A stretch of 64,000 bases of DNA from a virus. Positions 60,223 to 64,000 of the stretch are shown in pieces; position 1 is the first letter of the stretch; every line of letters starts with the position of its first letter. The translations under genes were made by a program, and so were the position numbers. A model generated the notes under the pieces. The model was not told the origin of the DNA. It saw only the letters and a program-made list of their open reading frames with translations, and ran no database searches. Location of the stretch: IMG/VR virus record IMGVR_UViG_3300036398_002324; one strand, 5' to 3'.

Positions 60223-62487
60223 TTATGATTTTCTCATTCTGGATAAAAGATTTTCATCATGTACAGATGGTGTTTTTTCGTCCATAGCAACGTTGTCTGT
60301 TGTACTTACATTTTTAGATGCATCAGCAAAAATTGGAGTTGAAAATGCTTCCAAGAAACTTTTATCTCTTAGAAGTGCTTGAAGTTCAGTAGATGCTAAC
60401 CCAAGTTTTCCTCCAGTAGCTTTATCTAAATCTGTTAATCCAGTTGATAAAGCACCTACCAATGTGCTTATCGCACTTCCTCCATCAGTTTTATTCTCTG
60501 TGTCCGATGAGGGTGACGATTTTGGCTCTTGAGGCTGCATTGAAGGCGAAGCCATATCAGGAGCTGTTGCTGCTGCGGCTTGTGTTGGTATAGATTTGCT
60601 TGGTCTCTGTTCGTTTGGCGTGGAAGAAGCTACTGTTGTGGGTGAGCCACCAGTCAATAGGGGATCATAACCCCTAAAAATATCTGCACGTAAATCTGCA
60701 TGTTTAGCATGATGTTTACTTTCTACCATCACACCATTTTTTTGATATGTTCTTGCTTTCTGCTGAATTATCTGTGCTGCTTTATTCATATCGCCCGATT
60801 TGATTGCATCAGCAAGGTCTTTTGTAATTAAGCCTGGACCCCCAGCAAAACTTAAATCCATTAATGCATATTGTTGCATAGGATTCAGACCACTCCAAAC
60901 ATCTTGACCAGCAAGTTTGTTTATCTGTCTTTTTGCTCCATTTGCGTGATTCATTACATCCTGAATGTACAAGTCTTTGACTTGTTGTTCAGTTAAAGGT
61001 GTGTTTCTGTCTGCTTTAACGAATCTACCACCAATAAACACACCACCTTTGTCTTGTTCTTCTTTACTTAACTTGTGTCCTATGCCAATTGTATCTGTTC
61101 CACCTTCTGGACTAGCGTAAGCCAATGTTCTGAAACCTTCACGTTTCTTTTTACGCTCAAATTCCATGCCAATATATTCTTCAAGTGATTTGGGCATACC
61201 CGCAGGATTTTGATTCACTGGTCGTGACGGTGTTGGTGATGGACTCGGTGATGGACTCGGTGATGGTGCCGGTGAGGGCGATGGTCCGGGTGATGGACTT
61301 GGTGATGGACTTGGTGAAGGTCCTGGACCAGTTGGTCTGTCTGTTCTGTCTGGCGTCATTGCGTCATATGCAGTATAAGCAACACCCGCAACTACGCCTA
61401 GACCCATAAGCTTATCTACTCTGGAGTATCCTGATTTTTTACCGGGTACATTACCACCTTTTCCGCCACCACCGCCACCGCCACCGCCACCTAAACCAGC
61501 GGCTTTCATGCCCGCTCCCTGCAATGAACCAATAAAAAATTGCATAGCACCTTGAAGCACAGCAGTTGCTACTGCTAATCCAATGAGTGCTTGCTTTAGA
61601 GTGACTTTTCCACCTTCCCATTCAAATATGGGCATGTTCATCACTTCACCGATGAAATTCAGAATAGCGTTTACAATGTATTGGAACTGTTTTTTAACTT
61701 CTTCGTTGCTCACAATATTTTGACCAATTTTTAAAGCGCCAACGATTACGTCTTTAATGACCAAGAATACGCTTATAGCACCTTCTTTTAGTGCATCGGA
61801 GTTTTCTGATAGAAGATTTTTGGTTACACTGTATGCAGCTTTAATAGCATTTGCAATTCCACTGATAATTGCTACAATAACACCACTAATTGTTTGTTGA
61901 TTTTCAGGATCACTTACAAACTTACTGAAGAAGTTTGCGCCAGAAACAATAGCATCACCAATAAATTTAAAAACAGATTTTGCTACATTAAAAATTGAAT
62001 TTATAACTTCTTGGTCATTTAATATATTTCGAATGAAAGACATCCCTTTTTGAAGAACATCTGATATATTGATGATTAATTTTTTAGTCAAATCTGTTAT
62101 GGTACCCATAACATCAGACATATTCAGAAGCTTTGAGATTCCTATTGATGCTAATCCAACCAAAGCAAACTTGAAGATACCAGAAAGAACATCTTTTATC
62201 ATTTCCAAAAAAGATTTTTTATCTTCTTTGACTATATTTTTTTCAACTTTTGTTGGACCCTTTTTATATTTTGCAGCATAATCATCGGCTCTCTGTCTTT
62301 GACGAGCGACCGCACTGGCTTTCTTCTCATCTTCAAAAAGTTTGGTAAGTTTTAAGACACTTATTTTTAATAAAGAAACGTCTTTTGCAAGTGTCTCAAG
62401 TGTCTTTTCAGTTTTTACTTTAAAAGATGGATTATTGGGATCTGTAATAAATTTTCCGGTTTTTGGATCTCTTAATTGATTTGCCAT
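60223..62487 (-). CDS. Tape-measure/hub-like tail protein with lysozyme (GH24-like) domain
   Basis: EGFR..AY....TIGIGH motif; (PS)n and poly-Gly linkers. Confidence 0.7.
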   Translation of the reverse strand: MANQLRDPKTGKFITDPNNPSFKVKTEKTLETLAKDVSLLKISVLKLTKLFEDEKKASAVARQRQRADDYAAKYKKGPTKVEKNIVKEDKKSFLEMIKDVLSGIFKFALVGLASIGISKLLNMSDVMGTITDLTKKLIINISDVLQKGMSFIRNILNDQEVINSIFNVAKSVFKFIGDAIVSGANFFSKFVSDPENQQTISGVIVAIISGIANAIKAAYSVTKNLLSENSDALKEGAISVFLVIKDVIVGALKIGQNIVSNEEVKKQFQYIVNAILNFIGEVMNMPIFEWEGGKVTLKQALIGLAVATAVLQGAMQFFIGSLQGAGMKAAGLGGGGGGGGGGKGGNVPGKKSGYSRVDKLMGLGVVAGVAYTAYDAMTPDRTDRPTGPGPSPSPSPSPSPGPSPSPAPSPSPSPSPSPTPSRPVNQNPAGMPKSLEEYIGMEFERKKKREGFRTLAYASPEGGTDTIGIGHKLSKEEQDKGGVFIGGRFVKADRNTPLTEQQVKDLYIQDVMNHANGAKRQINKLAGQDVWSGLNPMQQYALMDLSFAGGPGLITKDLADAIKSGDMNKAAQIIQQKARTYQKNGVMVESKHHAKHADLRADIFRGYDPLLTGGSPTTVASSTPNEQRPSKSIPTQAAAATAPDMASPSMQPQEPKSSPSSDTENKTDGGSAISTLVGALSTGLTDLDKATGGKLGLASTELQALLRDKSFLEAFSTPIFADASKNVSTTDNVAMDEKTPSVHDENLLSRMRKS

Positions 62488-62490
62488 TTT

Positions 62491-62691
62491 TTATTTACCA
62501 GATTGTCTTCTTTCTTCTTTTACTCTTTCTGCTTCTTCGTTCAAATGTTTGATTAACAAATCTATGTAAACTTGTCTTTCCCAAGGTATCAAATTATCCA
62601 ATTCAGTCAAACTATATTTGTGATGCTGCATCAAAGCAAAGTTAGTTTGAAAGTAATTACCTAATGTCTCATGACTAAATGTTATACGAAA
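62491..62691 (-). CDS. gp51-like baseplate hub assembly protein (possibly reached by -1 frameshift)
   Basis: NYFQTNFALMQHHKYSLTELDNLIPWER motif. Confidence 0.7.
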   Translation of the reverse strand, partial: FRITFSHETLGNYFQTNFALMQHHKYSLTELDNLIPWERQVYIDLLIKHLNEEAERVKEERRQSGK

Positions 62692-63413
62692 AAACTTTGG
62701 ACGCCTTCCAAAGTGATGTCTTCGTCGTAACCGCATTTATCGCAATGAAAGTGAACATCTTTTTTCAGTTTAGGCAATGATGTAAAAAATGCAGAGAGTT
62801 TTTCTAAATCACCCTGTTTCATATTTTCAACAAATTCAACAAGTTCTTCTTTTCGTGTATCTTTAGCGTAGTAAACTTGTTCATCATCATAAATGTAATC
62901 AATACATGAAACAATTACGTTTAAAATCTGTTGCATATCTTGACCGTCTAAGTCATTACTATCAATTGAGCCAAATGTAGGATACTTTAAAACAACACCA
63001 ATTTTGTCTGTAATCTGTATCTTGTTAGAGTGATTTTCATTTCTTGTTGGAGTAATCTCTAAAACATTAACATCAATTTTTACCAAATTGCCACATTTCT
63101 TCTCTTCACCTTTTTCCATTACATCATTATTACAATTGAATCTTAGATTTACGACCTCTCCGATTGATCTTGCACGAAGTTGTAAAAACAAATATTCAAT
63201 GTCAAAAGTGGCCATGTTATCAATATCGATATCGTCAAGCACACAGTTTCTTAAAACTTGTTTGATGGCATTGATCGTATCTTTAGGCTCACTTGTCTCT
63301 GCTGCCATCAAAAATATTTTCTGTTCTTTTACCAGAAAAGGTCTAAATCTAATTGTTTGTTTATTAGAAATTAGTGTTGTTTCGTAAATAGGTACGTCTA
63401 GTTTAGGTAACAT
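62682..63413 (-). CDS. gp26-like baseplate hub subunit
   Basis: LPKL..P.Y, FRPFLVKEQK, LRARSIGE, C-terminal CxxC..LEG.QSFF. Confidence 0.82.
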   Translation of the reverse strand: MLPKLDVPIYETTLISNKQTIRFRPFLVKEQKIFLMAAETSEPKDTINAIKQVLRNCVLDDIDIDNMATFDIEYLFLQLRARSIGEVVNLRFNCNNDVMEKGEEKKCGNLVKIDVNVLEITPTRNENHSNKIQITDKIGVVLKYPTFGSIDSNDLDGQDMQQILNVIVSCIDYIYDDEQVYYAKDTRKEELVEFVENMKQGDLEKLSAFFTSLPKLKKDVHFHCDKCGYDEDITLEGVQSFFV

Positions 63414-63429
63414 AATATCCTCACTTTAA

Positions 63430-64000
63430 TTAAAAAATTGCTCTTGTAATAGCTCCAGCACCGCCTTGAACCGCTGATGTAATAATATTTCCAATATCAT
63501 ATTTACTATCAAGAATTGGCTCATATCTACGATATGCAAACTGAACGCTTAAACGATGAAAGCCATCATCACCCCATGATAGTTGTTGTGCAGCAATGTT
63601 TATCGGAAAAGCATCTAAAAATTTTACAGCAAAAATCTGTTTGACATCATCGTTATATTGTTTGACTGTAATTTCAGTCATGTACTTTGTGTTTTGACCT
63701 TTAGGAAAACGCATGTTAAATGTATCTGTTGGCATAATAGCTTCTGTCCAACGCTCAAATAGCTTTCTCTCATAGAAGTCGTTTGTGCAAACAAACGTTA
63801 AAGTTGTTTCACCATATTGAACTTGATATGGAATTTTGTAAGTTGGTCCATAAATTTTTACATCTTCAGTTACAAAACTTTTGCCAGGCAATTCTGCTGA
63901 CTCACACTGAAGAGCAAGATATCTTGTCATACCAGGATTAGCGCCAAAGTTTTCACCCTGTCTTCCTAGAGCAGAGTTGATGGCGCTGCTTACATCCGAC
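63430..64000 (-). CDS. Tail tube/gp54-like baseplate-tube protein (5' partial)
   Basis: CESAELPG, F..W, DAFP, V.FAYR; frame stays open to the window edge. Confidence 0.7.
   Translation of the reverse strand, partial: SDVSSAINSALGRQGENFGANPGMTRYLALQCESAELPGKSFVTEDVKIYGPTYKIPYQVQYGETTLTFVCTNDFYERKLFERWTEAIMPTDTFNMRFPKGQNTKYMTEITVKQYNDDVKQIFAVKFLDAFPINIAAQQLSWGDDGFHRLSVQFAYRRYEPILDSKYDIGNIITSAVQGGAGAITRAIF

Noticed and set aside
61225-61330. Tandem GGTGATGGACT-type repeats
   Set aside because: They encode the (Pro-Ser)n linker of the tail protein; there are no spacers, so this is not a CRISPR array.
1-64000. Stop-codon reassignment or suppressor tRNA
   Set aside because: Core genes are intact in the standard code; no CTA/TCA/TTA-anticodon tRNA was seen (TAG and TAA anticodons are Leu).

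Overview
This is a 64 kb segment of an AT-rich T4-like (Tevenvirinae-like) myovirus genome. The host is probably a freshwater Betaproteobacterium, inferred from the PqqA, PstS/porin and tmRNA tag styles. In order the window holds: head/internal virion polyproteins (1-4 kb), a lysis cassette (spanins, GH19 endolysin, holin-like genes), primase, thyX, nrdA/trx/nrdB, pstS plus a phosphate porin, and a long array of small early genes with near-consensus sigma70 promoters (19-35 kb). Then come 25 tRNA genes covering all 20 amino acids with interspersed structured ncRNAs, rubrerythrin plus pqqA, RNase H, a sugar-nucleotide/glycosyltransferase cluster, a ClpP-like protease, a circularly permuted tmRNA, gp33/gp59/gp32, and minus-strand baseplate/tail genes. 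The most striking observation is an unannotated 31-codon leader peptide (35572-35667) that contains all 20 amino acids. It sits in a complete 1:2/2:3/3:4 attenuator directly in front of the main tRNA array, which suggests a ribosome-based sensor that switches on phage tRNA genes when tRNA or amino-acid supply fails. Other highlights are a HicA toxin domain inside a putative protease-processed capsid polyprotein, a stand-alone phage pqqA, and a -1 slippery site joining the gp26-like and gp51-like genes. All calls are from reading the sequence by eye; no searches or folding programs were run.
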